Below are positions 1-10,894 of a DNA stretch of 64,000 nucleotides, in pieces. Made by a program: the position numbers and the translations under genes. Every line of letters begins with the position of its first letter. Within the stretch, counting starts at the first letter, position 1. Below the pieces are notes generated by a model. The model did not search any database. It saw only the letters and a program-made list of their open reading frames with translations, and was not told the DNA's origin. The DNA comes from Minisyncoccota bacterium (lineage in GTDB: Bacteria; Patescibacteriota; Minisyncoccia; JBAYJV01): the NCBI GenBank assembly GCA_041664925.1, contig JBAYJV010000003.1:21179-85178 (forward strand), written 5' to 3'.

Positions 1-1
1 G

Positions 2-160
2 CACGAATTTTGTCCCAGATGCAAAGAAAATAAGAAAAAAATTGTCTGCGAAGTCTATTCTAGGGTAGTCGGTTATCTTCGCCCAGTTAGTCAATGGAAT
101 AAAGGCAAGCAACAAGAATTCAAAGATCGCGTAATGTATAATAAACAGCTAGTAAATTAA
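2..160 (+). CDS. nrdD: Anaerobic ribonucleoside-triphosphate reductase, 3' end (partial)
   Basis: Frame 2 reads ...CPRC...CEVYSRVVGYLRPVSQWNKGKQQEFKDR, the NrdD glycyl-radical RVxGY motif; followed by the activase gene. Confidence 0.93.
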   Translation, partial: HEFCPRCKENKKKIVCEVYSRVVGYLRPVSQWNKGKQQEFKDRVMYNKQLVN

Positions 161-278
161 AAATGCAAAGTGAAAAATGCCTGCCTGCCGGTAGGCAGGT
201 AAAATATTGAAAGAATTCATTATTTTAAGTTATTAATTGTTGTTTTTCGCTTTTCGTTTTGAGTTTTTCATTTAATCC

Positions 279-974
279 ATGCGTATTGGTGGTTTTCAAA
301 AAATTTCCCTTATTGATTATCCTGAACACCTTTCTTCGATCGTCTGGACACCGACTTGCAATTTCAGGTGTCCTTTTTGTTATAACAAAGACCTAGCTTT
401 AGGTGATGCTGGTCTTTTTTCCGAAGACGAAGTTTTACAAACTCTTAAAGAAAGACAAGGTAAGATTGAAGCAGTTGTTATTACTGGCGGCGAGCCGACG
501 CTTCAAAAAGATTTAAAAGATTTTATAAAAAAAATAAAAGCGTTAAATTATTTAGTCAAACTTGATACGAATGGCACTAACCCAGAAATTATAAGAGATC
601 TTTTAGAAGAAAAATTTATTGATTATATTGCCATGGATATTAAAGCGCCTAGAGGTAAATATAAAACTTTATCGGGTATTGAAAATTCTGATATTCAAAA
701 TATTCAATCATCAATTGAAATTATAAAAAAACTAGCGCCTGACTACGAATTTCGCACAACTATCGTTCCGGATTTATTAAATAAAGACGACATTCTTTCT
801 ATTGCGGAGTGGCTTAGCGGTTCAAAGCGCTATATTCTCCAACAGTTTGCTGTTCCTGGGGAACTAATAGACAAAAACTTAGCCAAATCTAAGTCTTATC
901 CAAAAGAATTTTTTGATGATTTAAAATCAGCCATTAAAGATTATTTTACCTTTTGCGAAATTAGGGGATTTTAA
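279..974 (+). CDS. nrdG: Anaerobic RNR activating radical SAM protein
   Basis: CNFRCPFC motif, ITGGEPTLQ, KLDTNG; adjacent to nrdD. Confidence 0.92.
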   Translation: MRIGGFQKISLIDYPEHLSSIVWTPTCNFRCPFCYNKDLALGDAGLFSEDEVLQTLKERQGKIEAVVITGGEPTLQKDLKDFIKKIKALNYLVKLDTNGTNPEIIRDLLEEKFIDYIAMDIKAPRGKYKTLSGIENSDIQNIQSSIEIIKKLAPDYEFRTTIVPDLLNKDDILSIAEWLSGSKRYILQQFAVPGELIDKNLAKSKSYPKEFFDDLKSAIKDYFTFCEIRGF

Positions 975-1121
975 CCAATAATAATTTTATCATGTTTTAC
1001 ATAGAGATTAATTCTCTACGTTTTTTTTGTGCAAAATAACCATAAACTATTGCATTTTGTAAGATAATATGATATAATTTAAAGTGAGAAATAATTAAGC
1101 TTGCTTGTACAAGGAGGGACA

Positions 1122-1325
1122 ATGCAACTGCTTTGTGAAGTTGCTCGAATCGTTGGCGATGTTAATGACATCAATGCGTTTAGGCAAGAAGTAGCAGAGG
1201 CACAGAAAGGAATTGAACATGGATCAATTCCCGAATGTCCCGGATGTCGTTCCAATGAACAAGTTGGGCTTGTGGGAAGGGATCACAAAACATGGTATTG
1301 TTTCGAGTGTCGTAGTGGTTTCTGA
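1122..1325 (+). CDS. Small zinc-ribbon hypothetical protein
   Basis: AGGAGG SD before ATG 1122; CPGC...WYCFEC. Confidence 0.55.
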   Translation: MQLLCEVARIVGDVNDINAFRQEVAEAQKGIEHGSIPECPGCRSNEQVGLVGRDHKTWYCFECRSGF

Positions 1326-1532
1326 AGCGACTAAGGCGAAAGAGCAAGAAGAAAAGCAGTGGTGCGAATTGGAAGCGAGTGAACAAGAAGGGGTTTGCGA
1401 TCAATTCGCCAAAACGTGGCAGACAGATCGCAAACCCTCTTTTTTTATTCAAGGAATATTGCTTTATTGACAATTGAAAATTTAGTAGTATGATTTAACC
1501 AGATCTTTAGAAAACAGAAAAAGGAGGTAGAG

Positions 1533-1934
1533 ATGCTAAAAAATGAAAATGTGTGTATCAGCATTTCTGCTACTAGCGGTAAGTTAGAGTTTGTGGAGAT
1601 TGCGTTTAATCTATTTCCAGGTTATCCAGATGAGGGCACAACGATAACGGGTAGTCGTTTAAAGAAACTTGGTTATGCAACACCCCATGCAGAATGGTTG
1701 TTTTTGTATGTAATCGGGCTTTGCGAAAGTAGTCAAGAACCATTATTTAAAACTGTTTACATCATTGGAAGAGATAAGGTCTGGAGAATTCATTATGATA
1801 TGCATGGCACCGTTAGGTTTACCGATGGATTGAAGCTTAGCGATAAGATTCCAACCATTGGAACGCATGTGCTTCGATTTACTCCCAGTAAGCCAACTAG
1901 AAGAATTAGACAATCTAAAAAAAGGAAAACTTAA
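1533..1934 (+). CDS. Hypothetical protein (accessory cassette)
   Basis: TTGACA promoter, AAGGAGG SD, 133-aa ORF. Confidence 0.55.
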   Translation: MLKNENVCISISATSGKLEFVEIAFNLFPGYPDEGTTITGSRLKKLGYATPHAEWLFLYVIGLCESSQEPLFKTVYIIGRDKVWRIHYDMHGTVRFTDGLKLSDKIPTIGTHVLRFTPSKPTRRIRQSKKRKT

Positions 1935-2155
1935 AGCGCGAACAGAAGGTTTACGTGTAAGAAACTTAAATCTCTTAGTAAAAAATCTGACAGTAAATCT
2001 GCTAGTAGAATATATGAGGAGCCCTGGGCTCCTCGTTTTTTTATCCGCAAATTTTTGTTAAAATAAGCATACCGAATTTATTTAATCACCGAATTAATCT
2101 TTAAATCTTGTGTAGATGTCCGACATCTACAACATTTATACGATTTAGTAAAAAT

Positions 2156-2884
2156 ATGCAAAGAAATTTTTTGGTTGATGATTATGTGCATGTTTATAAT
2201 CGTGGCATAAAAAAGATGCCAATAGTTTATAACGAAGATGACAAATGGCGCTTTTTGAAAATTTTACGTTATTTTAATAATAATTTTTCAATTCCCAATG
2301 TTTTTCGTGATCTTGAATTGTCTACTCAAGAAGAAAAATATAAAAATTTTGAATGGCTTTCGACGTGGACACCTCAAGAACATTTGGTAAAAATCATAGC
2401 CTATCATTTATCTACTAATCACTTTCATTTGCTTTTGAAAGAAATTAAAAAAGGAGGTATTAGTAAATTTATGAAAAAATTTGGCAATGCTCTTACTGGT
2501 TATATTAATACTAAATATAGTGAAACAGGGAGATTATTTCAGGGAATTTACAAAGCAAAAACAGTAGAAAATCAGAGAAGTTTGGGATATATAGATACCT
2601 ATATTCAAGTACTGAATGCTTTCGAACAGTATGAGGGTGGAATCAGAGGTGCTATGAACAATTTTGACGAAGCATTTGATTTTGCCTTAAAATATCCATT
2701 CTGTAGCCTTGGAGAGAGTTTTGGATACAGAAAGCTAAATATTATAGATCGTGATATTTTAAAAAATATGTTTCCAAGCTTAAGTATATACAAAGAGGTT
2801 GTTCGCGAAGCTTTAATTATTAGACAAAACAGAGATTTCTTAGAAAACAATAATAACTCAAATTATTTCAACATTGAGTTTTAA
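2156..2884 (+). mobile_element. REP-associated tyrosine (Y1/HUH) transposase, copy 1
   Basis: YVHVYNRG, NHFHLLL HUH motif, GRLFQG; palindromes at 2111-2131 and 2908-2932. Confidence 0.85.
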
Positions 2885-2964
2885 TATAGATTCGGTGTTT
2901 AGGTCTCGGTGTTTAGGTTAGACCTAAACACCAAGTTAGAGTGTGATATATATGAATCATCTAT

Positions 2965-4470
2965 ATGAATAAGCTATATCATATACCTTTTTTGTTTTGT
3001 ATTTGCCTGATTATTGGCGCGGGAGTTGGATCGTGGTTTTCTGTTATTAACCAGACTATGGTACTGACAATTTTTATTGGATCGGCGCTTTTTGCGCTTT
3101 TATTTTTTTTAAGAAAGGAACCGATTTATATTTTAGCGGGATTTAGTTTAATAGGCATTTTGCTGGGCGGATTTCTTTCAAATCAAGCCTCAATTCGTCT
3201 TGGTCAAATTCGTCAAATTGAAAATACTTCTAAACAGGTAAACGTTAAAGCTATGGTTGTCTCAGAAAAAGATGAAAGAGAAAAGTACAATAACTATATT
3301 ATTGAATCAAATAAAGAAAGAATTTTGCTTTTAACTGACAAATACAATGACTTTTCTTATGGCGACACATTGGAGATAAAAGGAGCACAAGAGGTGCCAA
3401 AAAACTTTGCTGATTTTGATTATCAAGGATATTTAGCAAAAGATGGAATTTATGCCATGATGCGCTTTCCAGAAGTAAGTCTGATTGGTCGCGACACCTC
3501 ACCGTTGGTAAACTTTTTTCGGGGATTATTCAACATCAAGGCTCAAATCAGATATAACCTTGTAAAAAATTTTCCTCAAAACGAATCCGATTTTATTCGA
3601 GCTTTAATTTTGGGTGACAAAGGAACTGTCAGTCAAGATTTGCGCACTGCTTTTTCTCGCACGGGCACTTCTCATGTCATTTCTATTTCAGGGCTTCATC
3701 TTTCAATCATGACGGTTTTTATGTTTAATATTTTTCTGGTATTGGGTTTTTGGCGCAAACATGCGACAATTGCAACGATTTTTATGCTTTTTTTGTTTTT
3801 AATCTTTATTGGACCAATTGCGCCGCTTGTTAGATCGGTTATTATGTCTATATTGTTTTTGATCTCAATGTCTTCGGGTAAAGTTTTCCGCAGTACGCGT
3901 ATAATCACTTATGCTGCCATCATTATGTTGATATTAAATCCGCTTCTTTTAAGATACGATGTTGGCTTCGAACTTTCTTATTTGGCGCTTCTTGGAATCA
4001 TGCTTTTTAAACCAATGTTTGATTATTTCCTTAAAAAACTTTCTATTCCCAAAATCATTAATGACATGATTACCACAACTTTGTCAGCGCAAATTCTCAC
4101 TCTTCCAATAATTATTTCCAATTTCAAAATTATTTCTCTTGTTGCTCCAATAGTTAATCCTTTGGTTTTATTTCTTTTTCCGGTTCTCCTTAATCTTAGT
4201 TTTTTATGGGCATTCTTATCGCTTCTTTTTAATGTTTCATTTTTAGCAATTCTTCTTTATCCGATTACCAATCTAACTTTATGGATAGTTAAATGGTTTG
4301 GCGATCTTTCTTTTTCAGCCAAGCAATTATCAAACACATCATCATTATTTTATTTTAGTATAATCTATTTATTTTTTTCTCTGGCAATTTTATTCTGGTG
4401 GAAAAATTTTTATGCTCGCAATTTAACGCCACTAGCTGAATGGCGAAAATGGAAAGACCATGAAGAATAA
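2965..4470 (+). CDS. comEC: ComEC/Rec2 competence membrane protein (OB + competence domain)
   Basis: FDYQGYL, ALILGDK, GTSHVISISGLH, DVGFELSY; many TM helices. Confidence 0.92.
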   Translation: MNKLYHIPFLFCICLIIGAGVGSWFSVINQTMVLTIFIGSALFALLFFLRKEPIYILAGFSLIGILLGGFLSNQASIRLGQIRQIENTSKQVNVKAMVVSEKDEREKYNNYIIESNKERILLLTDKYNDFSYGDTLEIKGAQEVPKNFADFDYQGYLAKDGIYAMMRFPEVSLIGRDTSPLVNFFRGLFNIKAQIRYNLVKNFPQNESDFIRALILGDKGTVSQDLRTAFSRTGTSHVISISGLHLSIMTVFMFNIFLVLGFWRKHATIATIFMLFLFLIFIGPIAPLVRSVIMSILFLISMSSGKVFRSTRIITYAAIIMLILNPLLLRYDVGFELSYLALLGIMLFKPMFDYFLKKLSIPKIINDMITTTLSAQILTLPIIISNFKIISLVAPIVNPLVLFLFPVLLNLSFLWAFLSLLFNVSFLAILLYPITNLTLWIVKWFGDLSFSAKQLSNTSSLFYFSIIYLFFSLAILFWWKNFYARNLTPLAEWRKWKDHEE

Positions 4471-5326
4471 TTCCTCAAAAATCATTCTTGTTATGGTTCT
4501 TCTGATTATCAATATTTTTGTTTGGAGAGAAATTATTCTGACTGATCGTGATTCAAATATTTTAACGATCAGATTTCTTGATGTTGGAGAGGGGGACGCA
4601 ATTCTTATTGATGATTCTTATGGTAATCAAATTTTAATTGACGGTGGAATGGGCGATAATATTTTGGAAAAACTCGACAAATATTTACCTTTTTACGACA
4701 GAACAATCGAAATGATTGTTTTGACTCACGCTGACTTTGATCATTTGGGCGGAGTTTTAAAAGCATTAGAAAGCTATAAAGTAGAGAATTTTCTTTATTC
4801 GGGCACCGTTTTAATGGGTAAGTCATATCAAGAATTTATCAATCTTCTTAATAAGGAAAAATTAGAAATAATTCCTGCCCAGATAGGACAAAGTGTTGTT
4901 TTAGGCAATGGCGCCAGTTTGAATGTTCTATATCCCGACGAAGCCGTTAATGGACTTGAAGTTGAAAATGCCAATGAGTATTCAGTTGTCACAAAGTTGA
5001 TTTTCGATGATTTTTCTTTATTATTGCCTGGCGATGCTGGCCGGCGGCTTGAGGCGCATCTTTTGAATGCTGGCCTAAATTTGAAATCAGATGTTTTGAA
5101 AGTCGGTCATCATGGCTCAAAATATTCAACCCATCCATTGTTTTTTCTTCGGATTAATCCAGAATTAGCGGTGATTTCAGTAGGGAAAAATAGCTATAGT
5201 CATCCAACCCAGGAAGTTTTAAATATTCTTAAAAATATTTTAACTCTAAGAACTGATTTGAATGGGGATGTGACGATAAAGACAGACGGTAAAAAGATGC
5301 AAATTTTAACGGAAAAGAGTCAATAA
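4460..5326 (+). CDS. ComEC-type metallo-beta-lactamase nuclease domain (separate ORF)
   Basis: FLDVGEGDAIL, THADFDHLGG, VLKVGHHGS; overlaps the comEC end. Confidence 0.9.
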   Translation: MKNNSSKIILVMVLLIINIFVWREIILTDRDSNILTIRFLDVGEGDAILIDDSYGNQILIDGGMGDNILEKLDKYLPFYDRTIEMIVLTHADFDHLGGVLKALESYKVENFLYSGTVLMGKSYQEFINLLNKEKLEIIPAQIGQSVVLGNGASLNVLYPDEAVNGLEVENANEYSVVTKLIFDDFSLLLPGDAGRRLEAHLLNAGLNLKSDVLKVGHHGSKYSTHPLFFLRINPELAVISVGKNSYSHPTQEVLNILKNILTLRTDLNGDVTIKTDGKKMQILTEKSQ

Positions 5327-5607
5327 GCTTAAAGCTCAAATCTTAAAGCGCAAAGCCAAAATTAAAAATTAAAAACTGATAAACTATAATTTTTAATAGT
5401 TATTAAGTTTTGAGTTGTAGTTTTGAGATTTAAACTTTGAATTTTAAGTTTTCCTTCTATTGACTTTTATAAAAACTGCTATACAATATTTATTGCAGTA
5501 GAAGGGGGAACAGGCAATGAAGGAAATCTTAGGCGTACTGGCGCTCCTGCTTGTTCGAGGAGTAACAGGAATTTTGGACGATTGGAGAGTTCCATAGGAG
5601 CTGTCTC

Positions 5608-5772
5608 ATGAAGGAGAGACTAGTCGCGATAGTTGGGATAGCAATGATCGGCTTAGATCTGCTTCTTATCTACTTGTTGTTGTCTGTTGGTAGGATCTAT
5701 AGGCGAACTTATAGATTTTTTCGCCCTCCTCTTAGGAAGACGAGGGAAGCCACGGAGGCGATAACTGAGTAA
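5608..5772 (+). CDS. Small single-TM peptide (54 aa); preceded by a 26-aa hydrophobic ORF at 5517-5597
   Basis: Hand-translated MKERLVAIVGIAMIGLDLLLIYLLLSVGRIYRR...; AGGAG SD; terminator about 5800-5832. Confidence 0.45.
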   Translation: MKERLVAIVGIAMIGLDLLLIYLLLSVGRIYRRTYRFFRPPLRKTREATEAITE

Positions 5773-6007
5773 ATATTCTTTCGACAGATAGCTGTCGAGA
5801 ATCCCGGTAGAAGGAGCTACTGGGATTTTTTAATTGACGAAAAGATATTTTTTGCTAAAATAGGACAAAACTGTCTTATATTTAAACTTAAAACGCAAAA
5901 TTCAAAGCGTAAAGCCACAGTTTAAAACCTAAAAACTTTTATCTAGTTTCGTTTTAAGATTTTGGTTTTGGTTTTTACTTTTAAGCTTTTAGCTTTGAGC
6001 TAATTTT

Positions 6008-6484
6008 ATGCCAACACATAAACACGAACGGACATTAATTATTATTAAACCAGATGCTTTACAGAGAAATCTTTTGGGCGAAATTATTCAAAGATTTGAG
6101 AGGAAAGGATTGAAAATCATCGGACTTAAAATGACTCGTCTAGACGATGTCCTTTTGAGCGAACATTATGCTCATCATAAGGATAAGCCATTTTTTGAAG
6201 GCATAAAGAGATATATGAAAAGCGCGCCAGTAATTATGATAGCTTTGGAAGGACTAGAGGTTGTTAAAGCGGTTCGCTTGATTACAGGCATCACAAAAGG
6301 CAGAGAAGCCGATGCCGGGACAATTAGGGGAGATTTTGCAATGAGCAGTCAATGCAATATGATCCATGCATCTGACTCAGTAGAAAATGCTGAAAAGGAA
6401 ATTTATCGTTTCTTCAATGAAGACGAACTTTTTGATTATAAAAGACTAGATTTTGATTTTATTTATGGAGAAGATGAACGCTAA
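6008..6484 (+). CDS. ndk: Nucleoside diphosphate kinase
   Basis: ERTLIIIKPDA, GTIRGDF, NMIHASDS. Confidence 0.97.
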   Translation: MPTHKHERTLIIIKPDALQRNLLGEIIQRFERKGLKIIGLKMTRLDDVLLSEHYAHHKDKPFFEGIKRYMKSAPVIMIALEGLEVVKAVRLITGITKGREADAGTIRGDFAMSSQCNMIHASDSVENAEKEIYRFFNEDELFDYKRLDFDFIYGEDER

Positions 6485-7089
6485 GCGTTCCTAAAATTCG
6501 AATATCAAAATTCGAATTTCGAAACCCCGTAAAATTCTTGTTGAGCAAAAGCGAAACTAGAATTTAGAGAGTCCCGCGAACTTCAATATTGATTCGATAA
6601 AATATAAATGAATTCACAGGGTCTTCGCAAAAACTATCACTCGTTTATGCTCGTTAAGTTTTGCGGGACAATATTTAAACCTAAAATTCTAAACTCCAAA
6701 CAGTTTAGGATTTTTTGTTTTAATGCTCAGAATCCTTATTTATGATAGGTAGTGTTTCGTATTTCGTGCTTCGGGTTTCGAGTTTAGCGTTGCTGGGGAT
6801 AACTTTTTTGACTGATTAGCAATTTAGTTTTAAAATAGCAATGTTTAATTATAAAAGAGTTTATACACATGAGGCCATCTGATTTTATTTTAGATCCCGA
6901 TAGACTAGACGATATTATTGGTTATATATTAACTGTTTTATTGTCTCTGTGGATGCTAGCTATTTGTTCTTTTATAAAAAGCAGAAAAAAGATAGCTTTA
7001 GTATATAAGCGTATTGTTTAAAAGTAAGTAATTGTGCACAAAGGGGATTTTCCTCTTTTTTTGTTATTTAAAAATGATACAATAAAGAT

Positions 7090-7305
7090 GACTTTGATTA
7101 TGGAGATTGCTTTGGATCTTGGATTATAGACTCAAAAGGGAGTTCTATATTATCTGTTCCTTTGGGGACAAGATTGCGAACACCCCCGCCTTCGCTAAGC
7201 CCAAAGCTTAGTATGTCTGATGATAGGACTATAATCTCGCTTTTAGCGGGTGAGAAGGCACTGGTTTTTTACCAGGAGTCCCAAAGTTTTCTCCCAATCA
7301 AAGTC
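7090..7305 (+). ncRNA. Candidate structured non-coding RNA (unassigned class)
   Basis: Extended -10 TGATACAAT (7075-7083); terminal stem GACTTTGATT/AATCAAAGTC; internal GATTATAG/CTATAATC; terminator 7310-7336; no ORF. Confidence 0.55.
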
Positions 7306-7407
7306 AATAAAAAATCTCTCATACGAGGGATTTTTTAATTTCGCAAATATGTGGGAGGCTCAGCCTCCCACATATTTCATTTGATATTTGAATTTATTTG
7401 TTTTTAA

Positions 7408-7935
7408 CTAATCTTTCTTTGTTGCTTTGATAATTAGGAAAGCGATGATGCCTCCCATAATGGCAGTTATCAGTTGAGGCCAAGACATTATTTGTGCTAC
7501 TTTGGTCGCAACCTCTTTTTTCAAGAGGAGATTGATAACAATTGAACTTGTTACAAAAAGGAAGACAAATTTCAGGATACTGGCAAAAATCATACCTATC
7601 CAATAATTCTTTTTTCTAAATGCGCCAAAAATCATGACAAGCAAAGCATTTGACATCATAATAAACGGGACTATTGGCGCCAAGGCAGGCGATAACAATC
7701 CAAATGAAAGAGCGATTAAGCTAGGAATAAGCCCGATTATTATTGCTGATTCCCGACCAAGAATTATTGTTGATGCAAATAAGATTGCATTAATAATCGG
7801 ACCGGTAATGAATTGTTGATGAATAAGGGCAGGGAGAATTGTGGCGACAGAAAGAAAAACAGAGAAAACGATTGATTTAGCAATAACGGTTTTTGCGAGA
7901 GTTTTATCTAGGGAGATAACTTTAGTTTTGAGCAT
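7408..7935 (-). CDS. ECF S-component-like membrane protein
   Basis: Hydrophobic, QFITGPIINAILF and SWPQLITA motifs; downstream of the hydrogenase. Confidence 0.65.
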   Translation of the reverse strand: MLKTKVISLDKTLAKTVIAKSIVFSVFLSVATILPALIHQQFITGPIINAILFASTIILGRESAIIIGLIPSLIALSFGLLSPALAPIVPFIMMSNALLVMIFGAFRKKNYWIGMIFASILKFVFLFVTSSIVINLLLKKEVATKVAQIMSWPQLITAIMGGIIAFLIIKATKKD

Positions 7936-7998
7936 GACATTAAATTAAAAATTTAAAATTAAAAGTGAAAAGTCACAGTGAAAAATTAAAAATTAAAA

Positions 7999-9729
7999 TC
8001 AACTTATAGTTTTAATTTTTCCCCTTTTTTGTCTATGGTAACTAGTATGTAAAATTGAATGCGCTAAGTGCTTATCTTTATCAAGAAATTCGGCATAGAT
8101 TTTTTTAACAATGGGATTTTCGTGGGCTCTTCTGATCTCTAGTTTATCATCAATTTCATAAAGACCATTGGCGCGCGCTAATCTGATTTCATCACTTACC
8201 GGTAGTGGCTGTCCGCCACCGCCAATACATCCTCCTCGGCAGGCCATTACTTCTATGCAGGTATATTTTTTGTCGGGATTTGATTTTAATTTTTCAACAA
8301 ATTCTTTGGCGTTTCCTAGTCCATTGATGACCGCGATTCTATATGACTGGTCGCCAATAGCTAATTTCGCTTCTTTCGTTCCTTCAAGTCCTCTAATGGA
8401 CTCAAACTCAATCTTTTCTAACTTTGTTTTTGTTAATTTTTCGTAAGTTGTTCTAAAAGCTGATTCCATGACGCCGCCAGATGCGCCATAAATTACTCCT
8501 GCGCCAGAAGGTTCACCGAAAATATTATCAATCTTTTGCGGTTTTAATTTATCAAAATTAATTTTATGTTTTTTTAAAAGACGAGCTAATTCTCTCGTGG
8601 TTAAAACATAGTCAACAGATGACATTCCTTTGATGCTCAGCTCTGATCGGGAAATTTCAAATTTTTTGGCGGTACAGGGCATGATTGAAACAACTCTAAT
8701 TTTCTTTGAATTGATTTTTTGTTGTTTTGCCCAGTAGGTTTTTATAAGACCACCCAAAATTTCTTGAGGTGACCTGACAGTCGTCAAATTAGGAATAAAT
8801 TCTGGATAATAATACTCAATGTACCTGACCCACGATGGACAGCACGACGTAAGGATTGGTAATTTTTTTCCTGACGCGATTCTTTCTACAACCTCTTTTG
8901 ATTCCTCGGCTGTTGTAAAATCTGCGCCGACAGATGTATCAAAAACATAATCAAAACCAAGTTTCTTAAGCGCAGAAACAATTTTTTCTGTTACTACTTT
9001 CCCATATTCTATGCCGAATTCTTCGCCAATACTGGTACGGATTGATGGAGCAAATTGAGCAACAACAATTTTATCTTTTTCCAGAAGAGGTCGTTCGATT
9101 TCTTCAAATTCGCCAATCGCTTCAAAAGAACCGGCAGGGCAGTGATTAATGCATTGACCGCAATAAATGCAATCAATATGTTTTTTTTCAGTTGGCAGGA
9201 TTTTCATTTCATGGCCGCGCTTGTAAATTTCTAAATAGCCAACGCCTTGATTTTTACAAACTTCAACGCAATTCCTGCAATCAATACATTTTGAACTATC
9301 GAATTCAATCACGCCATTAAAACTATAAATCGGATAATCGGTTTTTCGATCTTCAAATCGATTAATTGTTGCCTTATTTTCTTCGGCCAGTTTTAGAAGC
9401 TGGCAATTAGAAAGCCAAATGCAATCAGAACACTCTTCTTTGTGTTGAGCAAAAAGAAGTTCTAGATTGATTTTTCTGGCTTTTTTTACGCGAGGGCTGG
9501 CAGTTAGAATTTCCATACCATCTGACGCAATAGTCGAACAAGCAGGCGCTAATCTTTTTTGGCCTCGCACTTCAACTGAGCAAACCCGACAATTGGGCTT
9601 TATTTTTAAATCAGGATGATTGCAAAGCAAAGGAATATAAATGCCATTTTCTTTTGCGACCTGCGCAATCGTTTTTCCTGGGTCGGTCGCAACTTTTATA
9701 TTATTTATTTTTAATGTCAGTTTTGCCAT
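7999..9729 (-). CDS. [FeFe]-hydrogenase catalytic subunit (group A, with N-terminal Fe-S clusters)
   Basis: H-cluster motifs TSCCPSW, MPCTAKKFE, EVMACRGGCIGGGGQP; 2Fe-2S, His-ligated and 2x4Fe-4S motifs; start MAKLTL. Confidence 0.93.
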   Translation of the reverse strand: MAKLTLKINNIKVATDPGKTIAQVAKENGIYIPLLCNHPDLKIKPNCRVCSVEVRGQKRLAPACSTIASDGMEILTASPRVKKARKINLELLFAQHKEECSDCIWLSNCQLLKLAEENKATINRFEDRKTDYPIYSFNGVIEFDSSKCIDCRNCVEVCKNQGVGYLEIYKRGHEMKILPTEKKHIDCIYCGQCINHCPAGSFEAIGEFEEIERPLLEKDKIVVAQFAPSIRTSIGEEFGIEYGKVVTEKIVSALKKLGFDYVFDTSVGADFTTAEESKEVVERIASGKKLPILTSCCPSWVRYIEYYYPEFIPNLTTVRSPQEILGGLIKTYWAKQQKINSKKIRVVSIMPCTAKKFEISRSELSIKGMSSVDYVLTTRELARLLKKHKINFDKLKPQKIDNIFGEPSGAGVIYGASGGVMESAFRTTYEKLTKTKLEKIEFESIRGLEGTKEAKLAIGDQSYRIAVINGLGNAKEFVEKLKSNPDKKYTCIEVMACRGGCIGGGGQPLPVSDEIRLARANGLYEIDDKLEIRRAHENPIVKKIYAEFLDKDKHLAHSILHTSYHRQKRGKIKTIS

Positions 9730-10699
9730 TGATAAGTTTATTATAAAGAGAAGAGATTGAACCCCCCGCAATCATTCCCAAAGGACAAAGTGTCGTATCT
9801 TCAAGAATAGAAAAAAGATCTGTGAGAATTTTTTGATCAGGTGTCTTCTTGAAAAATTCTTCGAATAACCGATAAGTCCCTTCACGACAAGGTGTACATT
9901 TATCGCAGTTTTGATAAATAACAAATTTCAAAATCTTTTGAGCCAACAAGACAGAATTTGTAATTCTTTTATCGTAGACAACGATAGATCCAAGACCATT
10001 AACGGGCTGATCAATCTCATTTTCAAGCAAAAATTTTCCTAAAGTTCCGCCAGATTGAACAAAGAATTCATATTGAGGCAAGTTTTTAGTTTCTTTAAGG
10101 ATTTCTCTTATTGTTTGTTGGTCTTTAAGCTTAAAAACGCCTTTGTTTTTTATGTCTCCCGCGAGACAATAAAATCTTTCACCACGATATTGGTTCTTTG
10201 CAATTTGACTGACAAAATAGAAAGTTTCAACATTGTTTATTAAAGTTGGTTTTCCAAAGATTCCTTTTTCTGAAGGATAAGGCGGCTTTGGTCTTGGTTC
10301 GGGATTTTTGCCTTCAATCACTTCAAGAATTGTCGTTTCTTCGCCGGCTAAATAATGGCCAGGTTTCTCAAATGGCGCAATGGGGAGATCTTTGGCAATT
10401 TTCTTTATCTGGCTAGAATATTTTTTGTAATAATCTTTCTTTAGATAAAAATAAGCCCGAGATCCAGGAAAAGTACTTAGGGCAATTTCAATACCACAAA
10501 TAACATCTTCTAGATGGTGTTTTAAAATATAACCGTCTTTTGACAATTGAGGATCGCCTTCGGAAGCATTGCAAACAATATATTTTAAATTACCTTTCGT
10601 GGCTTTAAAAATTTCCCACTTTGAAGCAGTGGAAAAGCCAGCTCCTCCACGACCGAGCAAATTAGCATCTTTTATTTTTTTTATAATATCACTCGCCAC
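9701..10699 (-). CDS. NuoF/HydB-like NAD(H)/FMN-binding subunit, short form
   Basis: GRGGAGF, CNASEGDP, YLAGEET, NNVET, CDKCTPCREG...CPLG. Confidence 0.88.
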   Translation of the reverse strand: MASDIIKKIKDANLLGRGGAGFSTASKWEIFKATKGNLKYIVCNASEGDPQLSKDGYILKHHLEDVICGIEIALSTFPGSRAYFYLKKDYYKKYSSQIKKIAKDLPIAPFEKPGHYLAGEETTILEVIEGKNPEPRPKPPYPSEKGIFGKPTLINNVETFYFVSQIAKNQYRGERFYCLAGDIKNKGVFKLKDQQTIREILKETKNLPQYEFFVQSGGTLGKFLLENEIDQPVNGLGSIVVYDKRITNSVLLAQKILKFVIYQNCDKCTPCREGTYRLFEEFFKKTPDQKILTDLFSILEDTTLCPLGMIAGGSISSLYNKLINGKTDIKNK

Positions 10700-10894
10700 A
10701 AGTTTAAAGTTTAAATTTTAAAGTGAAAAGTCAAAGTTAAAAATTTAAAATTGAAACATACAGTCAAAGATTCAGAATTAAAAGTGCAAAGTCAAAATGT
10801 AAAGTTAAAAATTAAAAACAGTACAATTAAAAATTTAAAATGCAAAATTAAGAGTCAAAGTTAAAAATTCAAAATTAAGACACAAAACCAGAAA

